DNA from: a virus
Virus record (IMG/VR): IMGVR_UViG_3300025000_000083
Location: 8,211-72,210 of that record
Reading direction: 5' to 3' (one strand)
DNA: 64,000 nucleotides
Positions 39,524 to 50,047 of the stretch are shown in pieces. Made by a program: the position numbers and the translations under genes. The notes under the pieces were generated by a model. That model was not told the origin of the DNA. It was given only the letters and a program-made list of their open reading frames with translations, and made no database searches. Within the stretch, counting starts at the first letter, position 1, and every line of letters starts with the position of its first letter.

Positions 39524-40222
39524 TTATCCTTCTTTTATCTTGGCATTTGCATAATTCACAATATCCGACTCACGCAAATTTACTCCAATATATTCCAAGC
39601 ACCGCCTCATTATAGGTATTTTTTCATCCTCTGGCCATTCCAGTTCGGTTGATGTGGCAGCATCATACACAATATACCCATCATGTTCAGTGTATTGGAA
39701 TGACGGTGTTGCCGGAAATTTGTAGTAATTTAAATCCGAATTTACTATTGTCAAAGGTCTTATGTGTATTCCATCGCTGCGAATAATTCCGCAAGGACTT
39801 GCAGTTGTTGGTCTCTTGGTATAGTTGCCCTCTCTTGCTGCGAACTCTGCCTCTCTGAGTATCTCTACTGGCTTTGGAAGGGTGGTGGCAACACCGTTGA
39901 TGGTCTTTGAGAAATTATAAACTACTGTCATTAAATGAACGTAGTTGGAAGGAAAGTCCATCACTCCGTTTGTCACAGTTCGGTTTGGCAGACGCACCTT
40001 AAAGGCTTTCATATCGTCAATATTCTTCAGGGTTATCTCCGAACCTTCACTTGCTATCGGTCTTCCTGGTGCGTATTCTTCTGGCAGCCCATATTTATCT
40101 CTAAAGTGATCTATGTTAGCAGTGGCAATAAGCAAATTGAATCTTTCGGGTGTAACAACCAGCCCGTCAAAGTCCTTGTTTACTATCAGTTCAATTAACG
40201 AATAAATTTGCCCCAATGTCAT
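39524..40222 (-). CDS. tail ring/tubular protein (crAss-like)
   Basis: NKD..G..TP..FN, P.NY, Y...P..P, Y.GVNLRE. Confidence 0.7.
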   Translation of the reverse strand: MTLGQIYSLIELIVNKDFDGLVVTPERFNLLIATANIDHFRDKYGLPEEYAPGRPIASEGSEITLKNIDDMKAFKVRLPNRTVTNGVMDFPSNYVHLMTVVYNFSKTINGVATTLPKPVEILREAEFAAREGNYTKRPTTASPCGIIRSDGIHIRPLTIVNSDLNYYKFPATPSFQYTEHDGYIVYDAATSTELEWPEDEKIPIMRRCLEYIGVNLRESDIVNYANAKIKEG

Positions 40223-40240
40223 CTCACGTCCCTCCCTATT

Positions 40241-40495
40241 TTATACTTGTTTTGCTGATTCTATTGGATTCTGTTTAATTTGTGCCTGTACTGCTACTGG
40301 CATGTGTTCAGAGATAAAGTTAGATAATAACTTGACAAATATACTAACCTTCAATGCCCAATCTACATCAGTCCATAATGAACTAATGACAAGACTTGCG
40401 AATAACAGAAAATCACAAGTAAACTTTATCAACTGAGGCGTTCTGTTTTTCCAGTTTGTAGTACCTATACTGTACTTTGAATTTCCTATCTGCAT
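40241..40495 (-). CDS. holin-like small membrane protein
   Basis: 84 aa with two hydrophobic segments. Confidence 0.45.
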   Translation of the reverse strand: MQIGNSKYSIGTTNWKNRTPQLIKFTCDFLLFASLVISSLWTDVDWALKVSIFVKLLSNFISEHMPVAVQAQIKQNPIESAKQV

Positions 40496-40578
40496 AATTT
40501 CAAGAATTAGTTATTTCTTTCTAAACATTAAGTACCACAAAAAAGTTACAATCAAAGACAGTATTAAGAATTTAAGTA

Positions 40579-41106
40579 TCACTTCTTACTCCTCACTTTT
40601 GTAATCACAAACATATAAGCCGAATCAGTAGGCCAGTAATAAATCTTAGTTGTATCATTGAATAACACCGGATCACCTCTTTTGTTAGTTATAAACGGAG
40701 TGCCAAGATTCTGAGTCTCCTTTTTGATTATTGCCACATCATTGGGCACGGTTTTATTTCTGAGTATATTAAACACTCCAAGCACAATAGAAACGACAAT
40801 CCCAAATATCACTATCCATCGTCCGGCACTTGCCTTGCGATCTTCCTTGTCATCTTTTGCCCTTCTATCAAGTGCTTTTTTGCCAGTCAGCTCATCCCTT
40901 AACTCCTCAATAGTATCTTTTTGAACGCAATGAACAACAGAATGCGGAAGGTTCTCGGTAATTTTCAACTCATGTTTAGCCACAGATCCGTTCAGTCTGG
41001 CCAGATGATCGTTTATAGATGTCAACTTATCACTAAGCCCTTCGAATTGAGCCTCTAAATATAGCCGGTAGTCTGAATTGTCTGTCATGGTTTTATTTAT
41101 AACCAT
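40579..41106 (-). CDS. coiled-coil membrane protein
   Basis: Coiled coil (HLARLNGSVAKHE) followed by one TM. Confidence 0.55.
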   Translation of the reverse strand: MVINKTMTDNSDYRLYLEAQFEGLSDKLTSINDHLARLNGSVAKHELKITENLPHSVVHCVQKDTIEELRDELTGKKALDRRAKDDKEDRKASAGRWIVIFGIVVSIVLGVFNILRNKTVPNDVAIIKKETQNLGTPFITNKRGDPVLFNDTTKIYYWPTDSAYMFVITKVRSKK

Positions 41107-42926
41107 CCCACTGGTATATCCCCGTAATTACTTATGCTCGTTAAGCTATTACCCGCCCCATTGAAGCAGTCAGTTGATATTAATGGAGATGTTTCAACAG
41201 GATATGCTGCACCCTGATTAGCTAATTTTGTTGGTACTCCTGTAACGCCTATTATTTCGTCAAGAGCATAATTTCCAGTTACATCTTTTAGTAGTATTTT
41301 CCATGATCCATACCATGCACAGAAAGTACCTGTAACACCGCTTGTTTGCCCTGTAATTATATCACCCGCTACCCATGCAACAGATGGACGAACGTTAACT
41401 TCCCACACTTCAGGGAATACAGCACTCCATAAAGCAGGGGCAGTTCCTTGTGTCCCTGAAAACGAAGACCTATTAATAAATTCCGTAAAATCACTCACTC
41501 CCGCATACAAAAATCTTGTAGTTAAGTCTGGCCCGAAAATATCTGAACGTAATTGTAATTTTACACAATCTTTAAATGTACCCTCAAATCCATCCGTTGT
41601 GACAAGTAGATTATACCGAAACAAGTCAGGGCATAATGTTTGAAGATTTGAACACCCCTGAAATGTTACAAAAAAGTTATCGTTAAGAGTATTATATCTA
41701 AACAAGTCTGTTGGTAGAGTTGTAAGCGAGGTGCATGTAATAAATGTTCCTTCAAACGAATGAGTAGATACATTAATATTATACCTGAATATATCTTGTG
41801 GTATTGCTGAAAGTGACGAACATCCCTGAAAAGTATCTCTGAAAGCATAAGTGGTACATGTAGTATTATACCTGAATAAATCATCAGGTAGTGTAACTAT
41901 TGACGAACATTCCCTAAATGTCTGATTAAATCCCCATATAGTTACGGCTGTATTATATCTGAATAGATCAGCCGGAACGGTTGTTATGGAGTAACACTGG
42001 AAGAAACACATATTAAATGCGTATGTCGTAGCCAGTGTATTATACTTAAACAAGTCTGCCGGAATACTTGCAAGTACGATACAGTGATTAAATGCACTCT
42101 GAAAGGCTGTTGTAGTTATAGCAGTATGATTGTCAAACAATCCGGCAGGAATAGCCGTTAATGTATTACAATTAAAACAGAATTGAGCAAAACCCTGAGT
42201 CAATACCCCTGTTCCGCTTGCAAGTATCTTTCCGGTTCCGAGTGATGTAAGATTAATGCAACCATAAAAAGCACTGTATAGATATTTAAACCCATTAAAC
42301 ACCCCGGCAGTACCCCAGTTAATAACCTTTGTGATTTTCAATTTATCACCACCATTATTAAAGCTCCACCCCTCCATTGTACCAGTTATATTAACCTGAT
42401 ACGTTCCGTTTGCGGCGTATGTATGCGCCCTTGCTGCATCGTTATAAGCGGTAACTGTCGAATGAGCAGAACCATCACCCCAATCAACATCACAGTTATA
42501 TGCCAAAGCTCCTTCAGTTCTTGTATTCACTAATGGGAGGGTAATAGTTCTTGCAGCGGAATCGCCTGACACAACCCATTCTGTTTTAAAGCCAATGCCT
42601 ACAATATTATTTGTAACATTAGCCGTTTCGCCTGTCTTAACAAAAGTAACTACCGGAGTATCACCGTAAACAAAAGCAACTGATACTGTTAAAGTTAAGA
42701 CAGAACCAACCCATACGGCTCCTGATATAGTTTTCCCTGCAATAGTAAAATCACTTGCAACTAAAGAAGTTTTTGCAGTCGGGAATGTCAAAACAACATC
42801 AGCTGGTGCAGCATCTTCAACTGTTGCTGAAATCAGTGTCGCCCAGTACGCACTCCATGAAGCACCGGAGCGAGCAATACCTCCTATTCCGGCATTGATT
42901 CCAATGTTAGTATTAATCCGTGGCAT
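41097..42926 (-). CDS. PKD plus BspA-like leucine-rich-repeat fibre/receptor-binding protein
   Basis: VDWGDG..HTYA..GTY (PKD); about eight F..C..L..IP.DLF.YN repeats. Confidence 0.8.
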   Translation of the reverse strand: MPRINTNIGINAGIGGIARSGASWSAYWATLISATVEDAAPADVVLTFPTAKTSLVASDFTIAGKTISGAVWVGSVLTLTVSVAFVYGDTPVVTFVKTGETANVTNNIVGIGFKTEWVVSGDSAARTITLPLVNTRTEGALAYNCDVDWGDGSAHSTVTAYNDAARAHTYAANGTYQVNITGTMEGWSFNNGGDKLKITKVINWGTAGVFNGFKYLYSAFYGCINLTSLGTGKILASGTGVLTQGFAQFCFNCNTLTAIPAGLFDNHTAITTTAFQSAFNHCIVLASIPADLFKYNTLATTYAFNMCFFQCYSITTVPADLFRYNTAVTIWGFNQTFRECSSIVTLPDDLFRYNTTCTTYAFRDTFQGCSSLSAIPQDIFRYNINVSTHSFEGTFITCTSLTTLPTDLFRYNTLNDNFFVTFQGCSNLQTLCPDLFRYNLLVTTDGFEGTFKDCVKLQLRSDIFGPDLTTRFLYAGVSDFTEFINRSSFSGTQGTAPALWSAVFPEVWEVNVRPSVAWVAGDIITGQTSGVTGTFCAWYGSWKILLKDVTGNYALDEIIGVTGVPTKLANQGAAYPVETSPLISTDCFNGAGNSLTSISNYGDIPVGWL

Positions 42927-42930
42927 TGGA

Positions 42931-43635
42931 TTATGGTTTTAAATTTATTAATTCCTTTTCTCTCATAGCTCTTATCTTTCGAGAATTGCTCATTTTTTGT
43001 TTGGTGATTTCTGATACTAGTTTATTTATATGAGCTATCTTATTTTTTAAATTAGATTCCGGCTTATGATGTTTCCCGAAGAAGGGATGATTTGCATCTG
43101 CATATTTCCCTTTTCTTGCATCACTCATCCGCTTCCGAGTATCTTCTGATATTACGTTCTTCATCCCTTTATTCCATGAAGGTTTTCCTGTTTTTTTACC
43201 TTTGTTCCATGCGATCACAACACCTTTAGTACCTTTATTAGAAGGAGACTGTCCTTTATGCGAATTACTCATCTGCTGTATGGTTTCATCTGAAAAACAA
43301 TCTTTCTTCCCCTTGTTCCATGGAATCTGCCCCTTAACACCAAACCTGCTCCCTGCAATTTTACATAAATTAAAATAGGGTTTTAATGTATCGAGATAAT
43401 ATTGTTCTCTTGCAAGTAAAAACGCAGAAAAGCAGGGTTCTATAATCGTAAATATCAAATCGGATTCTCCGTACTTATTAAAATGGTTTTTAAACTTAAC
43501 AGAATGATGTCCTCTCTGTTTAAAATCTCGCAAATGGACTTTCCATCTATCTTTTATATTCATTGCACTCCCGATATAAATCCTTTCGGGTTTAATCTTA
43601 GACTGAATTTGATATATTCCGCTAACCGGGGCCAT
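42931..43635 (-). CDS. GIY-YIG endonuclease with NUMOD3 repeats
   Basis: GIYQIQSKIKPERIYIGSA; PWNKG repeats. Confidence 0.85.
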   Translation of the reverse strand: MAPVSGIYQIQSKIKPERIYIGSAMNIKDRWKVHLRDFKQRGHHSVKFKNHFNKYGESDLIFTIIEPCFSAFLLAREQYYLDTLKPYFNLCKIAGSRFGVKGQIPWNKGKKDCFSDETIQQMSNSHKGQSPSNKGTKGVVIAWNKGKKTGKPSWNKGMKNVISEDTRKRMSDARKGKYADANHPFFGKHHKPESNLKNKIAHINKLVSEITKQKMSNSRKIRAMREKELINLKP

Positions 43636-43641
43636 TATATT

Positions 43642-43926
43642 TTATTTTAATGGTTGTAGCCATAAGGCCACAGAATCATTTAACCCATTGAGCGTTATTG
43701 ATGTTATTGGAGGATTAAACGGGATGTACTCATTCACTATGAGTGCAATATTCTCATTGGAGTCATCTACCACTGCTACTCCTGATTGAGTAATAGACTT
43801 GATTTGGGTGGCATCGACTCTCACAGAACATCCGTATGCCTTATATCCGGTCTTTACTGCGTGTGGCCCGACACCAACAACTGTCTGACGACCTTCACTG
43901 CCGATAATTTTATTTTCTATCTCCAT
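43642..43926 (-). CDS. small beta-rich structural protein
   Basis: 94 aa; TAACTTTA promoter-like motif near 43970. Confidence 0.5.
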   Translation of the reverse strand: MEIENKIIGSEGRQTVVGVGPHAVKTGYKAYGCSVRVDATQIKSITQSGVAVVDDSNENIALIVNEYIPFNPPITSITLNGLNDSVALWLQPLK

Positions 43927-43990
43927 GGCTATACGTTTTACGTGTTACTACTTACTTACAAAACTCGCATAAAGTTAAATCATTTCAATG

Positions 43991-44022
43991 AAAAAAGCCG
44001 GATTCTCGTTAAAAAATCCGGC
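43991..44022 (-). terminator. intrinsic terminator after capsid block
   Basis: GCCGGATT...AATCCGGC plus T6 on - strand. Confidence 0.7.
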
Positions 44023-44052
44023 CTGACATGAAAGCACTCAGAAAAAAGAATA

Positions 44053-45006
44053 TTATTCGTCCCCCTCGCCCTCTTTATCTTTGGGTTTATCCTTGCCAGC
44101 CTTGGGGTTTTTTGTCAGCAATACAGCCTGTACGTCCTGACGGAATCCCTCGTTTCCAAGGTAATGTTCATACAAGGCTTCATTTGGACTCTTATCTGGT
44201 GGCACTTTGCATATCTGCTCAACACCTTCTTTGGTTTTCCACACCCATCTTTTCATCTTTCCGGTGTTCTCGTAAACCAATATCTGCATGTCAACAGCTT
44301 TCGTTATCGACACCCGTGTCTTGATCTCCTCATCTGCACCTACCATGCGGAAAAACTCATCGGGGCCGTTCTTGGTCTCATTAACCTTATTCTCGAGTTG
44401 CCACTTGACCTGTGCCAGAGTGTAATCATCAACACCAGGAATGAAGTATGCCTTGGCAACCTCACGTAACTTGACTTCTGATAATCCAAAGTCCTCGCCA
44501 TAGAGTAGTCCGTCAATCTTGGTGGCAATACGTTTCTTCTCAGCCCTCTTTTCTGCCTCGGTGACAAGATCCTCAAAGACAAACTTTGGTGATGTTGACT
44601 GCACCAGTTTTGGGTCTGCTTTAAGTTCTTCCTCGCTTATAAGGCGATACTCAGATTTTCTCAGAAGGAAATAGATGAGCTCGATGTCATTGCGCTTCAG
44701 CCATTTTGAGCCAAAAAACAGGAATTTCTTCGGGGTGTACCTCTTGACTCCTTTTTCATTCACCGTGACATTCTCTGCATATCTCCATACCTCCGTACCG
44801 TCAGGAGTCTTAACGATGGCTTTTAAATCAAATGAGATGGAGTTGGGTTTGTCAGGTTTGCGGTTGTGCTTCAGTTTGCTTGGAACAATCCTGTTTGGAG
44901 GATACACTACCTTGACCGGGAATTTGCCGTGAAAATACTTTTCAATCTTCTTAATCTCTTCTGGTCTGGTTCTTAAATCATAGATTTCATCATTTTTGTA
45001 TAACAT
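44053..45006 (-). CDS. capsid-adjacent hypothetical protein (crAss-like)
   Basis: 317 aa immediately downstream of MCP. Confidence 0.6.
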   Translation of the reverse strand: MLYKNDEIYDLRTRPEEIKKIEKYFHGKFPVKVVYPPNRIVPSKLKHNRKPDKPNSISFDLKAIVKTPDGTEVWRYAENVTVNEKGVKRYTPKKFLFFGSKWLKRNDIELIYFLLRKSEYRLISEEELKADPKLVQSTSPKFVFEDLVTEAEKRAEKKRIATKIDGLLYGEDFGLSEVKLREVAKAYFIPGVDDYTLAQVKWQLENKVNETKNGPDEFFRMVGADEEIKTRVSITKAVDMQILVYENTGKMKRWVWKTKEGVEQICKVPPDKSPNEALYEHYLGNEGFRQDVQAVLLTKNPKAGKDKPKDKEGEGDE

Positions 45007-45020
45007 AGCTATTAATATTA

Positions 45021-45055
45021 AAGAAGATGGGATGAAGTTCCCCTCATCCCTCTCC
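45021..45055 (-). terminator. hairpin/weak terminator after MCP
   Basis: GGGATGA...TCATCCC followed by TCTTCTTT. Confidence 0.45.
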
Positions 45056-45070
45056 TGTGGTTACAAAACC

Positions 45071-46444
45071 TTAAACTGCTTCCAGAATGACCATCTGGTT
45101 TCCACCTCTCTGGTGTGCACCAATATGGCATCTCTGGTATGTGTTGCGTTCATCAATGTCAGTCACTTTCAGACCTTCACCTGCACCGCCTACCTGCCAA
45201 ACTTCCATTCTCCGGCTGTACTTGCCAAGAGCACGGTAACGAGTACCAATGCTGTCAACCATATTACCGGATTTGGGGTCTTTTTTCTTGTTCAGGGGAA
45301 GGAATACTCCCATCTTACGTGCAGAATAACCGTCTGCTCCTGCGAGCTTCTTGTTATTGAATCCGCCCATTCTCTTGAACATAAATGTCCTTTCTGATTT
45401 TGTCAGATAGGTGAAGTTCACCGATGCACTCAGAGCCTCGTTTGACTTGAACAGAACCTCGTTGGTTGCCTGCTTTGCAAACTGGATGTTGGTGTTCTGG
45501 AAATAAGCCACAAGAGCATTCTCGATGTCCTGATGCAGTGATATGCCAAGCAGTCCGAGAATATGGTTTCCTGCAAACTCCCTGTCAAGGGTGTTGCTCA
45601 TCTCGTCAAACTCATCCACGGTAAATGCACCATCAACACTTGTCTGCTCATTTCCTACTCGTCTGATGTAAGGAATAAGACCTTCTGTGGTCTTGATTGG
45701 ACGACCTGTATCAGGGTCAGTGATAACGTTAGTTGACCTCTTCTGCCAAAGCAAAGCACCATCAATTTTCAGTGCCAAGCGGTAGTCAAGATCAATCTGT
45801 CCTTTGAAATAGAATGCCGGAAGTGCCTGTCCTTCGCTGGTCACAGTTACCCATGACTGATTCACCATCTCCGAACCTGTAACCCCCATGGATTCCTTTA
45901 TGATCTGAGCATCGTTATCATATTCCCATGTGCCGGATACTGCGCCTGCTGGCTGTCCTGATCCTTCTGAGAAACCACTGGATGTGATTATCAGTTCTTC
46001 TCCCGCTGTGAGTGCAGGGAACTGGTCGGTTATCTCATTAAGCCTTACGGTGATTATGGGTGCTGCCGGAACGGTCACGTCAAGGTCAATCACTGACCCT
46101 GTAACTTCATTCGGAAACATCATAATGTCCCAAAGCCTAACATAAAAATTATTATTTGCATCAAGGTCAACCGGATCGAGTGTGAACGATATATTCGCTC
46201 CGACTGCGGGTTGTCCCACGTTTGCCAAAACATGAACTACCTCGTGAACATGATTGTCCTCAAAGTGTCCGTATGTGTCGTTCGCTACAGGGGATTCAAA
46301 TCCCATGGATCTGATCAACTGAAAATAGCTTGCGCCCTGATCACCAAACCTGCTAAACAGGGTATTCAGAATCTCTGGCTTGTGAAGGTCAAAGTTTGAA
46401 ATGATGTCCGAGGCGTATATTTGAGCAATAGCTTCTGGTCCCAT
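45071..46444 (-). CDS. major capsid protein (crAss-like HK97 fold)
   Basis: 457 aa; FSEGS.QP, N..QIIKE...VTGS, TEGL; order terminase-portal-scaffold-MCP. Confidence 0.85.
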   Translation of the reverse strand: MGPEAIAQIYASDIISNFDLHKPEILNTLFSRFGDQGASYFQLIRSMGFESPVANDTYGHFEDNHVHEVVHVLANVGQPAVGANISFTLDPVDLDANNNFYVRLWDIMMFPNEVTGSVIDLDVTVPAAPIITVRLNEITDQFPALTAGEELIITSSGFSEGSGQPAGAVSGTWEYDNDAQIIKESMGVTGSEMVNQSWVTVTSEGQALPAFYFKGQIDLDYRLALKIDGALLWQKRSTNVITDPDTGRPIKTTEGLIPYIRRVGNEQTSVDGAFTVDEFDEMSNTLDREFAGNHILGLLGISLHQDIENALVAYFQNTNIQFAKQATNEVLFKSNEALSASVNFTYLTKSERTFMFKRMGGFNNKKLAGADGYSARKMGVFLPLNKKKDPKSGNMVDSIGTRYRALGKYSRRMEVWQVGGAGEGLKVTDIDERNTYQRCHIGAHQRGGNQMVILEAV

Positions 46445-46511
46445 TGTATTAAAATTTTTTAATGAATACTATTTAACAATACATTGCCTCTTGTGATTAC
46501 TGTCTTAAAAA

Positions 46512-47693
46512 TTACTTGCCCATCTCAATGTTGTAGGCCGCCTGCCTCTGTTCCTCCAACTTATCCTTTCCTCCTGTGGGCGGTGGAGCATCGGTGTTCT
46601 TTTTTGAAGGATTATGGTAAACTTTCAATATCTCCTCCTCAGTAAGACTTCTTGCACGCTCAAATATGGCATGGTAGATGTCCTCCCTGTGAGTAAATAG
46701 TATATCGGAGTACATTGCGCCTGCTACACTCTTTACATTATCCTCATTAACTTCCAACTGGTTGCTAACTACATAATCAAGGGCGTTTTGCAGTATTGAC
46801 TTCCTCGTCTCCTCTGGTAATACAAAGTTGACAATTGGTTCCTTGGCTCCTTTAAGGACTATTGGAATCTTTGCAAACTCCTCACCCATCTTTTCGTTTA
46901 CCGATGACCATACGGACTTCTGTTTGGTCTCAATTTCAGGCGTCCACTTTTTTGATGCCATGGCTTCTTCTGCCACGGGTTCAGGCATCTTGATCTTGCC
47001 TTTCAGTTCAAGAAGTTTCCCTTTGGCTTTCTCAGCTTCAATCTGCAAATCCATCTGGTTGTACTTCAATTCCTGCTCGGTAAGTTCTCCTGCCTCTACT
47101 TTTGCTTTGTCCACATTGTATTTCCTCTCGAAATACCCTCGTATCTCCTGTGGACTTTCGCTTGCAAGACGTGGATTCTCAATAACATGATACAGCGATA
47201 ACGCATCTATGTCAGACATATTTGCTAAGTCGGCTGCATTTAGTTTGTTGAAAACCGTAACGTCTTTGATGCCCGTCTCCCTTACAAACTCATTCATCTT
47301 GGCAATGTCATCATTTGCAAACTGATGCTTTGGTTTTGCCTTAACGAGTGCGTCAAGTTCCTGGTTCTTCTGTCTCAGAGTCACCAGTTCTTGAAGTGAT
47401 GCGGGTATATTTGCTTTTTTAAAATCCTCAACCGTCTTAAACTGATCTCCCCACATCTCGTGGAGCATGTCAGTGCGGATAGTCTCTGGATCGGATACGT
47501 TCTTTGACTTATCTTCCGGCTTGATCTCCTCGGGTTTTTTCTCCTCTGGCTTTTTTTCTTCCGGGTTTTTCTCTATTACAGGTGTTTCTACTCCCTTAAT
47601 TTTGTTCAACTGTGCCGTTATTGATGCCTGATCCACTCCCTGTACTTCTAAGAGTGCGTTCATCTCTGCGTCTCTGCCGTCATTCTTTGCCAT
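46512..47693 (-). CDS. putative capsid scaffolding protein
   Basis: Acidic, helical, KPEE repeats; between portal and MCP; TAAATTTG upstream. Confidence 0.65.
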   Translation of the reverse strand: MAKNDGRDAEMNALLEVQGVDQASITAQLNKIKGVETPVIEKNPEEKKPEEKKPEEIKPEDKSKNVSDPETIRTDMLHEMWGDQFKTVEDFKKANIPASLQELVTLRQKNQELDALVKAKPKHQFANDDIAKMNEFVRETGIKDVTVFNKLNAADLANMSDIDALSLYHVIENPRLASESPQEIRGYFERKYNVDKAKVEAGELTEQELKYNQMDLQIEAEKAKGKLLELKGKIKMPEPVAEEAMASKKWTPEIETKQKSVWSSVNEKMGEEFAKIPIVLKGAKEPIVNFVLPEETRKSILQNALDYVVSNQLEVNEDNVKSVAGAMYSDILFTHREDIYHAIFERARSLTEEEILKVYHNPSKKNTDAPPPTGGKDKLEEQRQAAYNIEMGK

Positions 47694-47731
47694 AGTGTCT
47701 ATTTATTTTAGGTTCTACAAATTTATAAAAC

Positions 47732-50026
47732 TTATGATACGGGTACTGCCGATTCTACCTCTGATGTCTTTTCGATGATATTAAGAGAGCTCTGTAATCC
47801 AAGTTTTTCCATGTCTCTTTCGTGTTGCAACTTGGCATATTTCTCATCAATCTGCTTTTTAGCATCATAAACTCTTATTTCCTCATCTGACTTAACTTTT
47901 TCCTCAGCTTTTAAAAGTTCATCTTTCAGCTTAATTGCTTCTTGTTCCCGTTGTTTATCCAAGTTCATGTTAGCTTCTTGTAACTTCTGCTGTCTTTCCT
48001 TATTCTTTTTGGTTTTGTGGTTCAAGAATGCCTCTGCGTATTTCAAACTACCTCCTTCAAGAAGTCTTTCGATCATCAAAAAGTCGGCCAACTCAATCCC
48101 GATTATACCATCCCGGTCAGGATTCATTGCCTGTACTGCTGCCTGACGGATGATCTCTTTCCTCTCTTTCGTGGGTTTTGCCTCATATTTGATGTAATAA
48201 TCAGCATCCACGGTGTCTGCGCCTACGCTTATAACCTGCACCCCTATTGTGCCTATCACGGGCATATAACCCTTATAAGCCTCTTTATCATGGGCAATAA
48301 GCAATTGTAATCTCAGAGAGATGTTCCTTGCCGTTTGCTCCTTAATGTCAATATAGCCACTGTAAATAGGTCTGAGTGCGTTATTAGTTGCTGCAAGTGC
48401 CATTTCCGACCCTCCTACCGACATCTCGGGATTAGGTGCGGATGCGTCTGCAATCTGATTTATGCCTGTAAGTTCACGTATAGCATTGGTGTTGAACTCG
48501 AATAATGTCAGGAACTCATTTAGCTGTGCGCCTATGCCTCCCTGTAACTCCTGTATCGGGTTTCTGCCTGCAGGGAGATTGGGATTACCCTTATGTGTGG
48601 TGGCTTTCCAGATCAAGTCTCCGGTTTGCCTCTTGATCTTTAATATCTCCAATGGCTGCATCTTGTTTGTGCCAAGGGTCATATTTTGAAGTGACGTGAA
48701 CTCAATGGCAATACCCGGAGGTGATGCCATGGCTATTGCGTTCTGCAGCTTATAAAATCCGAGTGCCATCTGGTCAAGATGTGCTTCTGACAAACTTACC
48801 AGTGACCTGTATGGTAGTTTGTAAAGGTGATATGACAACTCCACTTCTTTCTTGCCCGGACGTGGCACATCATACTGCAAGCCAAAATCATAAACATAAC
48901 CGGAACCGATAATCCACTTGCACTTATAAACAACTTTTATGTCAAACTTCTCAGTTTTCTTCTTATCGGTGTTATAGACTTTTCCAAACTCCTCATCATA
49001 CATGTTCTCTGTACCATCAGGTGCTTTTCTCTTGGTCTTATACTTGCTGTTTACCGAGAACCATTCTGCATCCATGACATCAACAAGAAATCCGTCATAG
49101 TTGCCTGTGTGCATATCGTCATCGTAACTGTAACTGTCAAGGGATGGGTTACCTCCTACTCCTCCATACTGCTTTGCCAATGCCTGTAATTCGCTTTCGG
49201 GAATATCGGGGTTAAGTTTACGAAGGTCTGATATTGTTACTTGGATGATCTCGCCACCATATTCCATGTTGCGGTGGTCATTGTGCTTTGAGTATTGACC
49301 TACAAAGACTCCGGGGTCAACATATCGCACATTTACTTTCTTGGTGTACTGATCGGTATAGTCCTTTGTTGCTGCACAGTTGATTACGCAAAAGTCACGT
49401 ATGATCTGTTTCTTAATCTCTTTCCACTGTGATATGTAGAATGTATAGTCAAGTCCCTGCTCGATCTCTGTCTCCTTGGCAAGTTTAAATCCCCCTGCTC
49501 CTTCATACAGATTCAGCTCTTCCATTGACTCAGGCACGTATTCACCTGACCGGTCAATTCCCATGGATTTGTCAATATAGTCAAGTGTCTCTTTGAACTT
49601 CATCCGGTACTGCATATCCAGTTTTGCAGATTCTTTTTCTTCGGTGCTGGATGGGTCAACGGCTGTGGCTACCACCTGATGATCGGTCTGCTCCATCATG
49701 CCCTCAACCACTCTCAGGAACTTAGGCATCACAGAATATACCTCCCAACTGATGTTCATATATCCGGTGACTGCGCCATTGGCTTCACTTACGTCAACTA
49801 ATATTTTCTGGTATTTAAGGGGACTCTGACGACCATCTGCAAGTAACCTCAGATGCTTTATTTCATCAATGGCACTGTAAGGGATGGCTGTTTTGCCCTG
49901 TCGCCAGCGAGCATACATGGCTTCACACCACTGTTTGCCCCATTTTTCATTCTTATCATCTGGATTGATGTCGTCTTTTGGAAAGGCATATCCACCTTTT
50001 ATGTATTGCTCAAATGCGACTGCCAT
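47732..50026 (-). CDS. portal protein (crAss-like)
   Basis: 764 aa; PKF..VV.G, YVDP, IRELTGIN...DAS.P; follows terminase. Confidence 0.85.
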   Translation of the reverse strand: MAVAFEQYIKGGYAFPKDDINPDDKNEKWGKQWCEAMYARWRQGKTAIPYSAIDEIKHLRLLADGRQSPLKYQKILVDVSEANGAVTGYMNISWEVYSVMPKFLRVVEGMMEQTDHQVVATAVDPSSTEEKESAKLDMQYRMKFKETLDYIDKSMGIDRSGEYVPESMEELNLYEGAGGFKLAKETEIEQGLDYTFYISQWKEIKKQIIRDFCVINCAATKDYTDQYTKKVNVRYVDPGVFVGQYSKHNDHRNMEYGGEIIQVTISDLRKLNPDIPESELQALAKQYGGVGGNPSLDSYSYDDDMHTGNYDGFLVDVMDAEWFSVNSKYKTKRKAPDGTENMYDEEFGKVYNTDKKKTEKFDIKVVYKCKWIIGSGYVYDFGLQYDVPRPGKKEVELSYHLYKLPYRSLVSLSEAHLDQMALGFYKLQNAIAMASPPGIAIEFTSLQNMTLGTNKMQPLEILKIKRQTGDLIWKATTHKGNPNLPAGRNPIQELQGGIGAQLNEFLTLFEFNTNAIRELTGINQIADASAPNPEMSVGGSEMALAATNNALRPIYSGYIDIKEQTARNISLRLQLLIAHDKEAYKGYMPVIGTIGVQVISVGADTVDADYYIKYEAKPTKERKEIIRQAAVQAMNPDRDGIIGIELADFLMIERLLEGGSLKYAEAFLNHKTKKNKERQQKLQEANMNLDKQREQEAIKLKDELLKAEEKVKSDEEIRVYDAKKQIDEKYAKLQHERDMEKLGLQSSLNIIEKTSEVESAVPVS

Positions 50027-50047
50027 GTGTTAGAAATTTGAGTAAAG

